Notes: generated from the letters alone by a model not told the origin. A stretch of DNA of 64,000 nt from the human T2T-CHM13v2.0 reference genome, Homo sapiens (GCF_009914755.1 NC_060937.1), one strand, 5' to 3'. Shown: positions 29,050-44,733, counted from the stretch's first letter. Numbers and translations are program-made.

Positions 29050-31001
29050 CCTCTGGTAAAACCCAGATCTCCACCCATCTTAAACCCATGCCCAGGCCAC
29101 TGACCGTGGCTGGAGAAAAGTACATGCTGGATGATATATGCTCCAGTGGTCCTCAACCTTCTCCAGACATCCTTTGAAGTGCCCCTGGGCCTTCCCTCCT
29201 ACTGTGTGCTTTCCTCCAACCTCACACCCTACTCCCAGCTCCTTCCTCTCAAGTGGTACCAATGCTTCCTGTTTCCCCTAAAGCCCTCCAAAGAGAGCAC
29301 CCGAGCTCCCCTGCCCTTCTGCCTTTACAGAACAGTCCCACTCCTGTGTAAGGACTACAGTCATGTCCTCCCCCACCCACTCACCTAGCCCTGGCCTTTC
29401 TCCCTCTCTCCTGCATCATCAATTCCTCTCTCTACTGATTCATTCAAACACAAGGTTCCCTCTCAACCCCATCTTCATGCCGCTACCACCCCATTTCTTT
29501 CCTTCTTTATAAAGAAGTTTAAACTTCTTAAGAGAGTCATCTGTATTCTCCACCCCTAATTCCTTCCTTCTCAGTCCCTCATCAATCCCCTGTAATAGGA
29601 CATTCGCCCTCACCCCTCACCAAAACTGATCTTGTCACCACTGGCGTCACATTACCAAACCCAGCGGCCAATGCTCAGCCCTGCTCCTTCCTGGCCTGTT
29701 GGCATTGGACTAAGCTGATCCTTCCCTCTGCTTGGAAACACTTTATTCTCTTGGCTTCTGGCACTTCCCTTTCCCAGGTATTCCTGGGCCTCAAAGGTGG
29801 CTCTTTTTCAGTCTTCTCTTCTGGTTCCTCCATATCTCCCCAACTTGTGAATGTTGTAGTACCCCAGAGATTATCCTTTGTCTTTCCTTTTTAATCAACT
29901 ATCCTCTCTTGGTGAGCTCAGTCAATCTACAGCTTTAAACACATCTAAACACTGCAAACTCTCACATTTCCCTCTGCAGGCCAGATGTCTTCTCTGAACT
30001 CCAAAGTCAGAGATGTATCTGCTTATTCAACACCTTCACATATGTATCTAATAGACATCTCAAAAGTGATACATCCGAAGTTGAACTGCATCCATGAAAG
30101 TCCCCTTTTCCCCTCCAAGCCTGCCTTACATCCCTGCCTTACCTCCATCCCAGTTACCAGACATTTCTGTGGTCCAATTCTTTAGTCCCAAAACCTTGCT
30201 GTCACTAAAGTCAGTGGGGTTTCCTCAAACCCCACATCCAAGCCATCCACAATTCACATCTCCTTTTCCTTTAAAGTATATCCAGAATCTGATTACTCCT
30301 GAGCACTGCTACCATCCTGCTATGCACCATTATCCTGTCTCTCCTGGATTATTGCAAGCACCTCTGACTGGTGGGCTCTGCTTCTGCCTGTGCACCCAGC
30401 AGTCTATTCCCTATACAGCAGCTATAGCAAACCTGTTAAAACTCAAGTCAGGTAGATGATACTCCTTTGCTGAAAATCCTCTGATGACCAGACTGAAAGC
30501 CAAAGTCCTTAAAATGATGTGGGATGCCCGCATGATCTGGCCCCTGTCCCCTGTTGGTCCTCAGTTCCTCCTACTCTTCCCCTTACTCTCTCTGCCACAG
30601 TGACCCTTTCTGTTCCTTGAGCATACCAGGCATGTTTCCGCCCCAGGGCCTTTGCACTGGCTGTCTCTCTGTATAGGAGCACCTCTCAGCTATGAATATG
30701 GCTCACTCCTTCAAGTCTTTGGTTGAATATTACTTTCTCAGTGAGGCCTTTCCTGAGAAACGTATTTGGAATTATAGCACCTTATATTTCCAAATTCTGT
30801 TTTCCTGGTTTTATTTTTCTCTATAGCATTTATCATCATCAGTATACTATATTTATCATTTTGTTGACTGTCTCCCCTATTAGAAGATAAGTCCCTTGAA
30901 TGGAGGGAATTTGACTGGTTTGTTTGGTACTGTATCCTCAGAGCCTAGAGCTGTGCCTGGCACATAGTAAGTGATCAGTAAGTATTTGTTGGATGAATGA
31001 A
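29050..31001 (+). mobile_element. L2 (L2a-like), long decayed copy with 3' end
   Basis: C/T-rich L2 body; canonical terminus gtgcctggcacatagtaagtgatcagtaagtatttgttggatgaatgaat. Confidence 0.85.
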
Positions 31002-31679
31002 TACTCAGCCCAATTCTCTGAGATGCCCACATCCTTTCTTGGTAAGAAGTCAGCTGTTTCAGAAGCCCCCAGTGTCTTTCAGGTTAGAGTGGCAAAAAGT
31101 CTAATGGTTAGTATTCTCTGCCCCTTGGGCCTTGTATTTATAATAGTGCCAGGCCTGAACTCTAGTGAACCTTAAACTCCAGACTAGGCTTGATCCACTT
31201 TCTCCCACCTTCCAGGCATGTGCATAAACTCAAGGATCAGAAGTAAAATCAAAGAGACAGCCCTACTCCAAACCACCTGCCTGTTCAGGGTCCTTCCAGT
31301 TGTTATTCTTCTCTGTCTTCCTTGAACTTGTCATCTGGCTTTCCTAGGAAGGAGAGTATGGCCATCCATCAGTGCCCTGGGCCGGCCCATTCCTTGGACC
31401 AAATCCTACCAGCAAGCAGAAGAATGGCAGCTGCTACCCAGCTCACCCCACAGGCAGGGCCTGTGTCATGGAGCTCAAGAACCAGGAGTTCTCAGTAACA
31501 CAATGGAAATGATGGTACCCAGCTCACCGGCTCTGATTCTCTCTTAATTTCCAATACAACCAGAATCTGGGGATGGGAAAGGAGGAAACAGAAGAGGAAG
31601 GGCTAAGGATGAAGCTAAGGAAATAGGATTTCCCCTTTCCCTAGGGATGCCATCAACTGTGTCTCCAGGAGATTTAAAG

Positions 31680-31878
31680 GGCAGGGAACATCACACACCG
31701 GGGCTTGTTGTGGGGTGGGGGGATGGGGGAGGGATAGCATTAGGAGAAATACCTAATGTAAATGATGAGTTAATGGGTGCAGCAAACCAACATGGCACAT
31801 GTATACATATGTAACAAACCTGCACGTTGTGCACATGTACCCTAGAACTTAAAGTATAATAAAATAAAAAATAAAAAA
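31680..31878 (+). mobile_element. L1PA 3' end, about 200 bp, 5'-truncated
   Basis: L1PA 3' UTR with G tract and poly(A); perfect 13-bp TSD aggagatttaaag (31667-31679 and 31879-31891). Confidence 0.95.
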
Positions 31879-31904
31879 AGGAGATTTAAAGAATTAATAC
31901 ATTT

Positions 31905-32316
31905 TATCCATTGATGAGTGGATTTTAAAAGTGTGGCATATTCATATAATGGAATATTATTAAGCAATAAAAAATGTAGCCACATGCTACAACGTGGATG
32001 AAGGCTGAAAACATTAGGCTAAGTGAAAGAAGCCAACCACAAAAGACCATCCATTGTATGATTCCATTTCTCTCAAATGCCCAAAACTGGCAAATCTATA
32101 TATAGAGAAAGTAGATTCGTAGCTTCCCAGGGCTGGGTGGGTTGGGGAAGTGATGATGGCTGCTAATGGGTACAGGATGTCTTTTTGGGGTTTTGAAAAT
32201 GTTCTACAATAAATTGGGGTGACGGTTGCACAACTCTGTAAATATGCTAAAAACCAGTGGATCATACACATTAAATACATGAATTGTATGCTATGTAAGT
32301 TATATCTCAATAAAAG
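31905..32316 (+). mobile_element. L1MB-type 3' end fragment
   Basis: atggaatattat...catgctacaacgtggatgaa...gctaagtgaaagaagcca...ttatatctcaataaaa. Confidence 0.85.
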
Positions 32317-32378
32317 TGTTTTTGGTTTTTTTTTTTTTCTTCAAAAAAGTAAATTCCCTGTCTGGGAAAGTTGTGTTA

Positions 32379-32892
<514 letters not shown>

Positions 32893-35020
32893 TAAACACG
32901 ATTTTTATGATCAGAAAAAAGTAATCATGATTTAAGCTTTTTTATAAAATCATTAATGCAACTCCTTTTGTGCAGTACTAGGGCCCCAAGGAAAATAGAG
33001 CCTTTGAACCTCTTGAGATCTCTTCTCACAGTCACCTGTAATGGAATCATCATGTGACTTCATGGGGAATTTGATCACAGGCTCAGGCTGGAATAATTCT
33101 TAGGTCCCTCCAGGCTGGAGAGAGGGAGAAACAAGGACACGCAGCCCTCCCTGTCCATGTGGGAGGCGACTTGAGAACACTGGTGTTCCAGGAGCTTTTC
33201 CAAGAGTAAATGGCTCAGGAGCATCACGAGGAGAAAGGTTGTTTTAAAAAATAATAATTTGCTTATTTATTTTTTATATCCATGGCTTAACTTTAGCCCT
33301 GTGGAGTCGCCCTTTCCTTTACTATTTAAGAAAAATTGTAGTGCACAGGCTGTAGGAAAGCTAGAGCCTCCTCCTCTCCCAGGTCTGTGGATCCCTTTGC
33401 CTCAGGTTTCAAGGAGCAAGACTTTTAAACCCACTTCAGACAGAGTTATAAGCACAGAGACAAACAAGAGGCATCATTAGAAAAATGAGCCATTGTAAAC
33501 CTGTCCTTTCCTCCAGGCCCTCGGGCGCTGATGCGGGGTCTGGGCGCAGGATGCGCTTGAGCTGAGTCGGAAGGACAACTTGGAGACCCCACTCAAACCA
33601 GGATGGAGGGAGGCTTTTCCAGGCTTGGGGTACAGGGTATTTTCAGACCTCCAGAAAGAATTCGAGAAGGAGGCAGAGTAGCAGGACTCCTGTGGTTTTA
33701 CCAAGAGAGGGCATCCCTTAAGGAGAGGCAACTGCTCTGAGAATTGGGGGTCTACTCCTCACCCCCCGCGGCCCCCCTTCACTTGCGTAGACCCCTTAGT
33801 CAGGAATCAAGCAAATTAGAAAGAGACTCAAGATTTCAAAATCGCTAAAATTCAGGCTCATGGAAAATAAACAAGATGCCGTGTTTTTACATTAATATGA
33901 GATTTTTGTCGGTGGCTAATCAAGAGATATCCTTATTGAGTTAATGGGATCAAATATTCTGGTTCTGGGGTGGTCCCTGTAATCCTGTAACCATGCTGGC
34001 TGGGCTCTGCACTACCACAGTTTCTGAAGCAAGCTGCTCATCAATATTCAGGACCCACCTCTTGAGGCAAAACCTCTAAAGCCTTTGGGATTTCCCAGAA
34101 ACTGTGTATGTTTGCAAATATCTAAATGCCAAAACAGTCCTTAGGTCTAAATTAGCCAAGTTACACAAAACGGACAAGAATTCAACTTAACAGATAAATT
34201 GTGGAGCCTAGGATCACACTGGCGGGGATGTGTGAAGTGGGAGATGGGTTCTAGGCCCCTCCACACTCTCCAGGTGCTTTCTCCTCACCCCAGCATTAAT
34301 CTCCCCACACCCTAGGAATAACCCAGTCATGGCTGGTGAGGCATTTTGCTATAAATACCATTTAAGCAGTCCCTATCAGGGGAAGAAAGGGCTAACATCA
34401 TCCAGCACTTCCCAGCTCTGTGCAAGTGGACTGTTTATCCATTATGAGATTTTAGCCTCCCACGGCCCTGGAGAGGTACAGCGAATTGTCATTTTTCTCA
34501 AGAAGAAAGCTCAGAGAAGTTGAGTAACTCTCTCAAGGTTACCCAGTTATTACATGGTAGACCAGGGATTCCAACAAGTCTTTCTGATATCAAAAAACTT
34601 TTTTTTTCTTCCCACTATACCATCCTTTTTCAATTCTAAACAGCAGAGAGACTTTTGGCAATTAACAGAGGCTATAAAGGATGTTTCTGAAATTTTTACT
34701 TGGGGCCTTCATTTAACTTTATAAATAGTCTAGGAAGCCATTGATGGAAATTTTGACTCCCGAATTTTTATCCAGTCCAGTTTTCCCTCTTGAACTTCAA
34801 ACCACAGATCTGATTTGACATCTCCACTTGAATGTCTGATAATGCTCCCAAACTGAACACACCCAAGCCAGTCTCCTGATCGTCCTCAATGCTGCCACTC
34901 CTCCTGTCTTCCCATCTCAACTGATGATGACTCCAGTTTCCAACTGCTCAGAACAAATATTTTGCTGTCATCCCTGACTCCTCTCTCACTCACTCCCCAC
35001 ATCGCACCCAGCAACAAATA

Positions 35021-36298
35021 TTGGTTTGTACAAAAGTAATTGCGGTTTTGGACCATGAATTTTAAGTTGTTATAACTAGGCTCAAACGCATTTTTATTAA
35101 TCAAAATAGGAACTATTAAAATCAACACATTTTTGCCAATGAGAAATAAGTTTGTTTATTCTTGTAGCATAAAAACCCATGCTTCAGGATTCAACAAACT
35201 CTTGGAAAGCATTTTCTGCATCCTGCTGGTTGTGGAAACATTTTCTCTGCAAAACGTTGTTGAGATGTTTGAAGAAGTAATAGTCGATTGGCAAGAGGTC
35301 AGGTGAATATGGCAGACGAGGCAAAACTTCACATCCTTTTGTTCAACTTTTGAAGCGTTGGTTGTGCGACATGTGGTTGGATGTTGTGGTGGAGAAGAAT
35401 TGGGCCCTTTCTGTTGACCAACGCTGGCTGCAGGTGCTGCAGTTTTCTGTGCATCTCATGGATTTGCTGAGGATACTTCTCAGATGTAATGGTTTCCCAG
35501 GGATTCAGAAAGCTGTAGTGGATCAGACCAGCAGCAGACCACTAAACAGTGACCATGACCTTTTTTTGGTGCAAGTTTGGCTTTGGGAAGTGCCTTGGAG
35601 CTTCTTCTCAGTCCAACCACTGAGCTGTTCATTGCCAGTTTTCAGTCGTTGTATAAAATCCACTTTTCATCACACCTCGCAATCGGATCCAGAAATGGTT
35701 CATTGTTGTTGTGTAGAATAAGAGAAGATGACACTTCAAATGATGAATTTTTTAAATTTTTTCTCAGCTCATGAAGCACCCACTTATCAAGCTCATTCAC
35801 CTTTCCAATTTGTTTCAAATGACGAATGACCATAGAACAGTCAACCTTGAGTTCTTCAGCAACTTCTCGTGTGGTTGTAAGAGGATCAGCTTTGATGATT
35901 GTTCTTAACTGGTCATCGTCAACTTCTGATGGCCAGCCACAAGGCTCCCCATCCTCAAGGCTCTCGTCTCCTTTGCAAAACTTCCGTGAACCACCACTGA
36001 ACTGTATGTTCATTAGCAGTTACCGGGCCAATACGTTGTTGATGTTGCGAGTTGTCTGCACTGCTTTATGACCCACTTTGAACTCAAATAAGAAAATCAA
36101 TTGAATTTGCTTTTTGTCTAACATCATTTCCATAGTCTGAAATAAATATAAAATAACAAGTAATAAATCATTAGCAAACAAAAAGCGAGAAATGTGCATT
36201 GAAATGATGTATAATGTAACCACATTTATTTAAGAATGCATTCCAGTGTCAAACAGCAAATTTCAACAATGAGAAAACAGCAATTACTTTTGCACCAA
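35021..36298 (-). mobile_element. Hsmar1 mariner DNA transposon, near full length
   Basis: TA on both sides (35019-35020, 36299-36300); TIRs ttggtttgtacaaaagtaattgcggtt and aacagcaattacttttgcaccaa; 1278 bp. Confidence 0.97.
35097..36133 (-). pseudogene. Disrupted Hsmar1 transposase (same family as the SETMAR mariner domain)
   Basis: Fragments MEMMLDKKQI..IFLFEFK, ADPLTTTREVAEEL, LDKWVLHEL, CDEKWILYND and PYSPDLLPIDYYFF lie in different frames; second catalytic Asp reads His (LLHHN). Confidence 0.95.
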
Positions 36299-36719
36299 TA
36301 TCAGCTGTACTTCCAAAATATGTACAGAATCCAATCACCTCTCACCATCCACCTGCCAGCATCCTGCTTTCACCTGAATTACTGTTTGGGGTCCTGACTG
36401 GTCTCCATCACCCTTGTTCTCCTATGGTCTTAACACAGCAGCCAGAGTGATTTTTTCAAGTGTAAGTTTTCTTTCCCACTTCACTCAGAGGAAGAGCCTG
36501 GCCTTCCCTGCCCCCAAGGCCCTGGGCTCTGGCACCTCAGCCCCACCTCCTGCCTCTCTCCCTCCCATCACTGCCCCAGCCACTCCGGACCAGCCTCCTT
36601 GCTGCTCCTGCGTCAGGCCTTACCTGGACTGCTCTGCTCCCAAGTCACCCAGGCCAGCCCCCTCACTTTTTCAGTTCTTCACTCAAAAGCTACTTACAAG
36701 GAGGCCTTTCTTGGATGCC

Positions 36720-37083
36720 TGTTTTAGTTCCTCCAAGCTGCTGTAACAAAACACCATAAACTGGGTGGTTTCTAAACAACAGACATTTGTTTCTCACAAT
36801 CCTGGAGGCTGGGAAGTCCAAGATCAAGGCACCAGCGGACTTGGTGTCTGGGAAGAAATTGCTTTCTGGTTCTTAGATGGTGCTTTCTAGCTGTGTCCCT
36901 GCATGGTGGAAAGGGCTAGCTGGCTCTCTGGAGGCTCTTTTATGAGATGCTAATCCCATTCATGAGGAATCTACCCTCTTGATCTAGTCACCTCCCAAAG
37001 GCTCCATGTCTTAATACCATCACATTGGGGATTAGGTTTTCGACATATGAATTTGGGGGGACACCAGCATTCAGTCCACAGCA
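36720..37083 (-). mobile_element. MaLR solo LTR (MLT1A0-like)
   Basis: tgttttagtt...gctgctgtaacaaaacaccataaactgggtgg...gtccaagatcaagg...cattcagtccacagca. Confidence 0.9.
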
Positions 37084-37454
37084 CCACCATTTCTAACATC
37101 ACAGCCTGTGCTTCCTTTTCCTCTTCACTGCTTTGTTTTCTGCCCACTCATTACTTTCTGACTCACTGTGTGTAAACTTGTTTATTTTGGTTATCTGTCT
37201 CCTCCAGTAGAATATAAGCTCCAAGATGTCAGGAATTTCATCTGTTCAACAAAATATCACTAGAGCTTGGGAAAGTATCTGGCACACACTAGGCTCTCAA
37301 TTAATATTTATTGAGTGAATGAACAAATGAATCTTCCCCTTATCATACTTTTTAGTGCATACTATGTAAAAAGAAACATGAACTTTATGATGCCTACGGA
37401 ATATAATTCAGCTAATGTTAGCTATGGCTCCAAATTCAGTTTCAGCATAACACA

Positions 37455-37744
37455 TTTTTTGTTGTTGTTGTCTGAGACAGGGTCTGGCTCTGATGCCCAG
37501 GCTGGAGTGCAATGACACGATCTCAGCTCATTGCAACTTCTGCTTCCCAGCCTCAAACCAGCCTCCCAAGTAGCTGGGATTACAGGTGCACACCACGCCC
37601 AGCTAATTTTTGTATTTTTTTGTAGAGATCAGGTTTCACCATGTTGCTTAGGCTGGTCTCGTACTCCTGGGCTCAAGCAATCCACCTGCTGCGTCAGCCT
37701 CCCAAAGTGCTGGGATTACAGGCGTGAACCACCGCACCCAGGCT
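37455..37744 (-). mobile_element. AluJ-type with a small internal deletion
   Basis: Reverse-strand Alu; TSD acatttttt. Confidence 0.93.
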
Positions 37745-38655
37745 ACATTTTTTTAAAGTAATATTTTACAAAATCCCTGCAAAAATATTAGTATTCAAGA
37801 CAGCAGATTCTTCTTTGCAGTACTCAATATGTATAGGTATTTAATAATTTTCTCATTGACAAATGAATAAATGAATGCATAAATAAACAGGTGAGCCCAC
37901 CATTCAAACCCGAACTCTGTTTTAATAAGAATGTGAGTGTCTCTCATAGGAAAGATGCACCAGAGAGCCATTCGAGTTTCATAATAGGAAAAAAGAATCA
38001 ATATTCTCCTAAAATTTGGAACACTGCAGTACTTCTAGGAAAGGATTTGTGTAGGGAAAAAGCACCAATGTCATGTTATAATTAACTGCACAAAATCTAA
38101 TTGTCAGGAGAAAAATGTGTTAGAGAATGGATGAGAAAAGGTCCAGGAGGAAAAACCTGGCTAGAAGTCAAGTGCTGCTTTAACAAAAAGGCAGATGGGG
38201 GAAGATGAAGGAAAATATGAATTATAACAACAAAGCTTTTAAAAAGTCTTATCACAGAGGAGTGAAAAGAGTCCACAAGGAGTATGCCTGAATGAGTGCT
38301 GCCCTTACGTGACATATTTACAGAACTGTTAAAAATGACAACAAAATATAATCAGCCTGGGAAGCTAGGGAGAAGACATCCTTACAGGGGGTAAGCGATG
38401 TAGCTAAAAAATTTTTTGTTGTTGTTTATTATGGTAAGTGTCAAATATACACAAACACATAGAGAATAGTATAATGAACTCCATCTATCTACCACCTCAT
38501 CACAACAATCATGGCCTATCTTATTTCCGTTTAGTGCTACCCATTCCCCTTCCTCCACCAAATGAATTATTATGAAGCCAATCCCAGATATCACATCATT
38601 TCAATATGAATCTCTTAAAAGATAAGGTGGATACCTTTTAAAAATCACAACACAG

Positions 38656-38963
38656 GGCCAGACATGGTGGTTCCCACCTGTAATCCCAGCACTTTGGGAG
38701 GCCAAGGCGAGTGGATCACTTGAGCCCAGGAGTTTGAGACCAGCCTGAGCAACATGGTAAAACCCTGTCTCTACAAAAAATACGAAAATTAGTTGGGCAT
38801 GCTGGCACATGCCTGTAGTCTCAGCTACTCGGGAGACTGAGGTGGGAGGATCATCTCAGCCTGGTGAGGTCAAGGCTGCAGGGAGCCATGATGGCACCAC
38901 TGCACTCCACCCTGGGCGACAGACTGAGGCCCTATTTCAAAAACAAAAACAAAACGAACAAAA
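38656..38963 (+). mobile_element. AluJ-type
   Basis: Dimeric Alu with J-type gaggtcaaggctgca. Confidence 0.95.
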
Positions 38964-39503
38964 TCTGAACACCATACTATAAGCACACTTAAGAAAAAGT
39001 TAACAATAGACCTAGAGATACTGAAAATCAGCAATAAGGAATGAGCTATATTCTAGTCTAGATAACTAGAGGTACAGGGCACCTGACTACAAACTTCAAA
39101 TAGGGAGACAAATTCAGCATCCTTAGAATTTGCACTGGCCCACCTGACTGCTAATCAACACCTCCAATTTCTCTTTCACTTGCTCATTTATGGTTTCAAG
39201 GTCATCTGGCCACAAAGTAAAGTAATATCAAGTAGACTTCTGAAAAGGGCTTGACCCCAGCTATGTCACATATTACTGTGTGAAACTGCGCAGAGCATTA
39301 AACTCTTGAAATCTCCTCTGTACAGAGAGGAAAATAATATAAAAGTATTTAGTTTGCAGGGTTTTTATAAGGACTAGATGAGCTAGTGCTTGCATTCACT
39401 CAGCGAAGCAAGTGCAAACTCTATTAACTTCTGCTATTATCATTGGAAAAGGTGGTGGTGGGTGACGGTATCACAATCAGGATTAAGAGTGATGATTTTC
39501 CTA

Positions 39504-39829
<326 letters not shown>

Positions 39830-41094
39830 GATGATTTTCTGAGATATCTAAGGTATTCAGTTTTGAGCCAGTCACTAATACTTCTAGGCAAATTTTGATT
39901 GTGGATTTTTGAGTGCCCAAGTATCTTAGACTCCACTGAAATAGCCAGTAGAAATTATTTATTTTGGCTTCAGTAAGGCATGTTATTCAAAAGCATGTGA
40001 CATTTTTATTGTAATGCCAATTTCCATATCTTGGCCAAGAGCATCCTAAAAATGGGCTATGTCCTAGTAAAAGCGTTGTATAGCAAGGAAGATGATCACT
40101 GTGAAAGAAAATACTGTATTCCAAAAGACCATTTTGGGGATTAAACACATTTTAGTCTTCACCACTAACAAGACAAAGGAATGAAATAAACACGTGAAAA
40201 ACTTAAGAATGACCATCAGTTGAAGGCACTAAGAACAACAGGAAACAGTGGGGGAAAAATCTTAAGACTTTATAGAATGGGAAGAAAGTTAACCTTAAAA
40301 ACAACAAACTAAGTCTAAAAGGGTAAAAGAAGCTAAAATAAATAGTCTCTGGGATGAAAAATCCCAGGGAGAGAGGGTGATGAACAAGACGTAAAAGCTG
40401 AGGATGTGTAAAGGGAGAGGGAAGCAAAGCAAGATCTGAAGCTGTCCATGCAGAAGCAGCATCACATTAGCCCCTCTACACAAGGGGCAATCATTCTGGG
40501 CTCCACCTGCGGCTTCTGAGAAACAGAGAAAAACTCAAAAAGAACCAAAGATGTAGTGGGGGAAAGTTGTTTAATTTATTTTCACTCTTTCTTAGTGCAT
40601 CAAGGATTCGAGGAGATTAGATGGTAGGATTGCAGTGTCCACTGTCGTTCTTGCCTCTGGGACTTTGCACATGCTGTTGTTCCTGCTGCTTGGGATGCCT
40701 CGTTAGACCGCACGTGACTTTACTGGTTCTTGATCATTCTTTAGGAGTCAGTGGCGACATCAGCCCTGGAAAGGCTTACCTGACTTCTCAACCAGATAGG
40801 GGGCACTCCTATGGCATCTCAACTCCGATCACATTATGCCCTACTATTTACTTGCCTGTCTACATCTGTGTACTGTCAGTCCCCGGAGAATAGAAAACAC
40901 ATCTTGTTCACTACTGTGTCCTCTGCATCTAGCATAGTGCCTCATCAATGGTGGGCATTCATTAAATACTGTTGAAAAAAAAATCAACGCATACATTTAC
41001 TCAATGCTTACTGTGTGCCAGCATGTAAGTAAACACTTACCATGTGCCAGGTTAAATGCGATTTCCATTTAATCCTTTCAACCCTATGAAGTAA

Positions 41095-41408
<314 letters not shown>

Positions 41409-42229
41409 TATTTTCCCCATTTTAAGGTAGGAAACTGAGGTGCAGGAACTCTAAATTATGCAGTTGAGATTCAACAAAAAGTCTGACTCCAAACCTACCC
41501 CCTTCATTGATCATACTCATGGAATGAAAGGAAGAACTGATGGAAGATTCAAGAAGAAAATACACACATACAGCGCTCAGAAATTTCACTAAGCAGTGAC
41601 CAACAGCAAGGTGAAAATGTTTTAAATATTAGTACCTGAAGGAAAGGACAAATATTATTTTGCATAAATGAAAGGAACAGAAAAATAGCCCCTTTTTTCC
41701 GGGTGAGAAAAATAAAAAATTCAGGATGCCATTTCTCATGGGGTCAGCTGTAGATCAACATTTACACCAATAACCCCTCACTGCCTTGCTTGAAAAACCT
41801 TTGTCTCCAATATCCTAAAGTATCATCACTGGAGGTTATTATTATCTAAAGGGGTATTCTTTGAGCACAAAAATGAGAGGTTATGTTCTCTACCTTCTAG
41901 AATAATAAAGACTTTTCCTCTTTTGATAGTTAAGAATCAAGAGAAGAACCTCAAATATTCTTAGGTAAGAACTAAAATACATTATGAACATTCATTCTGG
42001 ATATGTTAATCTTGTTTCTAATCTAGAAACCAAAACATCTTTAAGGAAGATAGAATTATAGAAGGAAGCATAGCTTCTCAGGAAGTGTGACTCACCCATT
42101 ACTGCATTTTTGTAAATACTGACCCATTAGGGACCTATTTTTACTCCTACAGAGTTAGGCCATTTATACAAACATTAATTATAAGTCAGTTTTTGTGTAT
42201 TGTTATGTTTCCTTTTAAAAAGTTGATGG

Positions 42230-42360
42230 AGCCAAGTGCAGCGGCACATGCCTGTAGTCCCAGCTACTAGGGAGGCTGAGGTGGAAGGATCACCTGAGCC
42301 CAGGAGTTTGAGGCCAGCCTGGGCAACATAGCAAGACCTCGTCTCTATTAAAAAAAAAAA
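42230..42360 (+). mobile_element. FLAM-type Alu monomer
   Basis: Single left-type monomer plus poly(A); TSD aaaaagttga. Confidence 0.9.
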
Positions 42361-43199
42361 GTTGAGGGAATAGAAATGGCATTAAATATGGAACAGGTTT
42401 CACTGTTACTGTCAATTTGGGTTCACCTCTTTTGTTTGTGTGCGTGTGTGTGTGCATGCATACATGTGTGCTGAGTGACTGTCATCATACCACGGCATAA
42501 GTGACAACAGAACTGGGCAAGCCAGAAGAGACCAGGAGTGGAAGTCCTGCCAGACTCGGGAGATCAATAAAATGAATGGGCCAAGGCAAGGAGTCAACAA
42601 TTATAGACAGACCATCTTAGACCTAGGCAAGAGGGCTCCTGGGCCCACACCAGAGAGAGAAGGGGCTCCTGCAGCCCCTTCTGGCCATGACCTTCCCCAT
42701 CATGTGAGAAATCTGTTGAACCAAAGGCATGGTCCACCTGGAGCCAACTCCTAGATTATGTTCCAGGTACCCAGGGCCCTGGAATTGCCTGCCCAAGCAG
42801 CCCAAGCCCTTACCAGGTCTGTGGAGGCCTCTCTCCAGAGATCATCCTCCCAAGGATGCACATCGCTGCCAGTGTGACTGGACCTCTAGGCCCAAGTGGT
42901 GGCGAGCGATCAGCTCGGATGTGTGAAATGGGGTGTGCCTACTCGTGAGTGTTCAGCTTTTCACAGCACAAGACAAATTCAGAGCAGGAAGGAGCCAGCG
43001 GGGAGTGGGAGGAGAAGGGGGGTGGAGATGGGTCCCCCCCACTGCCATGTCCCGGCTCAGAACACTGAGGAGCTCAATACTTCTCAATTCAAACCTGGCC
43101 CTCCTTGTCATTATGAAGGGAGAAAGAGAAAAGCAAAGTGGCACCATTACCCAGACCAGTGTCACCAGGAGCTGGCTCCAGCTCTCAGATGGGTCCTGG

Positions 43200-43678
43200 T
43201 GTTCTCCAGTTGAACCCAAACAATTTCACAAAATACCAGCATCAGACAAGGCCACTCTGTGACCAGGATGGAGCAAGAGGAAAACAAGACCAGTCTGTAA
43301 TCATATCTGAGCACAGACCAAAACAAGAACATTATCCAAACCACAACAATGACCACATCCCTTTATCCTTGCTAGTATGAGTGATCACTACTCCTTTACC
43401 AATCAGGGCATGAACCCTGCTTTGTTAAGATACTTACTCACTGAACTACCCCCACTTTCTGATGGCATCCATTTAATTCAGAGCAAAGTCATACCTCCTT
43501 GAACCCTCCTCGCAAGTCCTCCATCATCAGCCCAAATGCTCCAACAATTCCCTTCTACATGTGATTGAGATGCTCCATGGGTCCCCATGGGGTATGATGT
43601 CAGTGCAATGAGTCAACCCACCCAACTTTGTTCACTCCAAATATGTTCCTGGTGGTCTTTGCCTGGAGGGCATCGACA
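43200..43678 (+). mobile_element. MER31-like ERV1 solo LTR
   Basis: catcagacaaggccactctgtgacc...aaaacaagacca...gtaatcat; ends gttcctggtggtctttgcctggagggcatcgaca. Confidence 0.75.
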
Positions 43679-44375
43679 GAAGGTATATTTGCCAAGGAAG
43701 TAACAGCTCATAAACTTGCTTTCAAACATTTATGCACTTAAACAGGTGTCATATGGGCCTCTACTTGGATTCTCACCCAGCTCCTACAAATATGCCAGCA
43801 AACCTGCCTCTAAGGCAGGGCTTCAAGACGGCATGCCCTACTGTGACTGTTGACTTCTGGAGAGCAGAGCCGTGTCCCAAGGAGATGGACTTGGGAAACC
43901 CAGCGACAGAGTGGTTTCTAGGGAGGCAATGAGAACTAAAACAGGTTCCAAGGTGGACAAGTTGAAAATAGTGCTCCAGGGTCCCAGAAAATGTTTAGAA
44001 GGTCAAGTAAAATACGGTATGAGGACAGATCCTAGACATATGCCCATTTGGAGATGCCGGGGGGACAGCAGACACTCCATGTGAGAGTGGGCTCCACAGA
44101 GTGCTGTAGTTACTGATGCCAACGTGGGCAGGGTGTCCTCAGGGAGGGGAAGCTTACCAGAGAGGAGCCCTTCAGCATCCGCACGGAGGAGACCACAACA
44201 GGAATTCTAGGTTATAGCCATGACTTCCCAAAGATGTCCACGTGTCTGTATGAAGTGTTTTGTTTTGTTCTGGCATCTCTCTGTGTGCCATCTGATTGTT
44301 CTGAAACTTTTAAGGTAGCACACCTTTTCATTTGTCCTTAAGCAGGAGCTGAGGATGAGAGTACTCTTAAAGTGA

Positions 44376-44733
<358 letters not shown>

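Larger units (their letters stand above)
34770..37327 (+). mobile_element. L2 remnant hosting the Hsmar1 and MLT1A insertions
   Basis: gacatctccacttgaatgtct...tgtcatccctgactcctctct on the left; ccaaaatat...agaatccaatcacctctcacc and an L2 3' end on the right. Confidence 0.75.

Noticed and set aside
31710-31733. G-quadruplex-forming tract
   Set aside because: Normal part of the L1PA 3' UTR
35350-36071. Plus-strand ORFs of 65-123 aa
   Set aside because: Antisense frames of the Hsmar1 transposase
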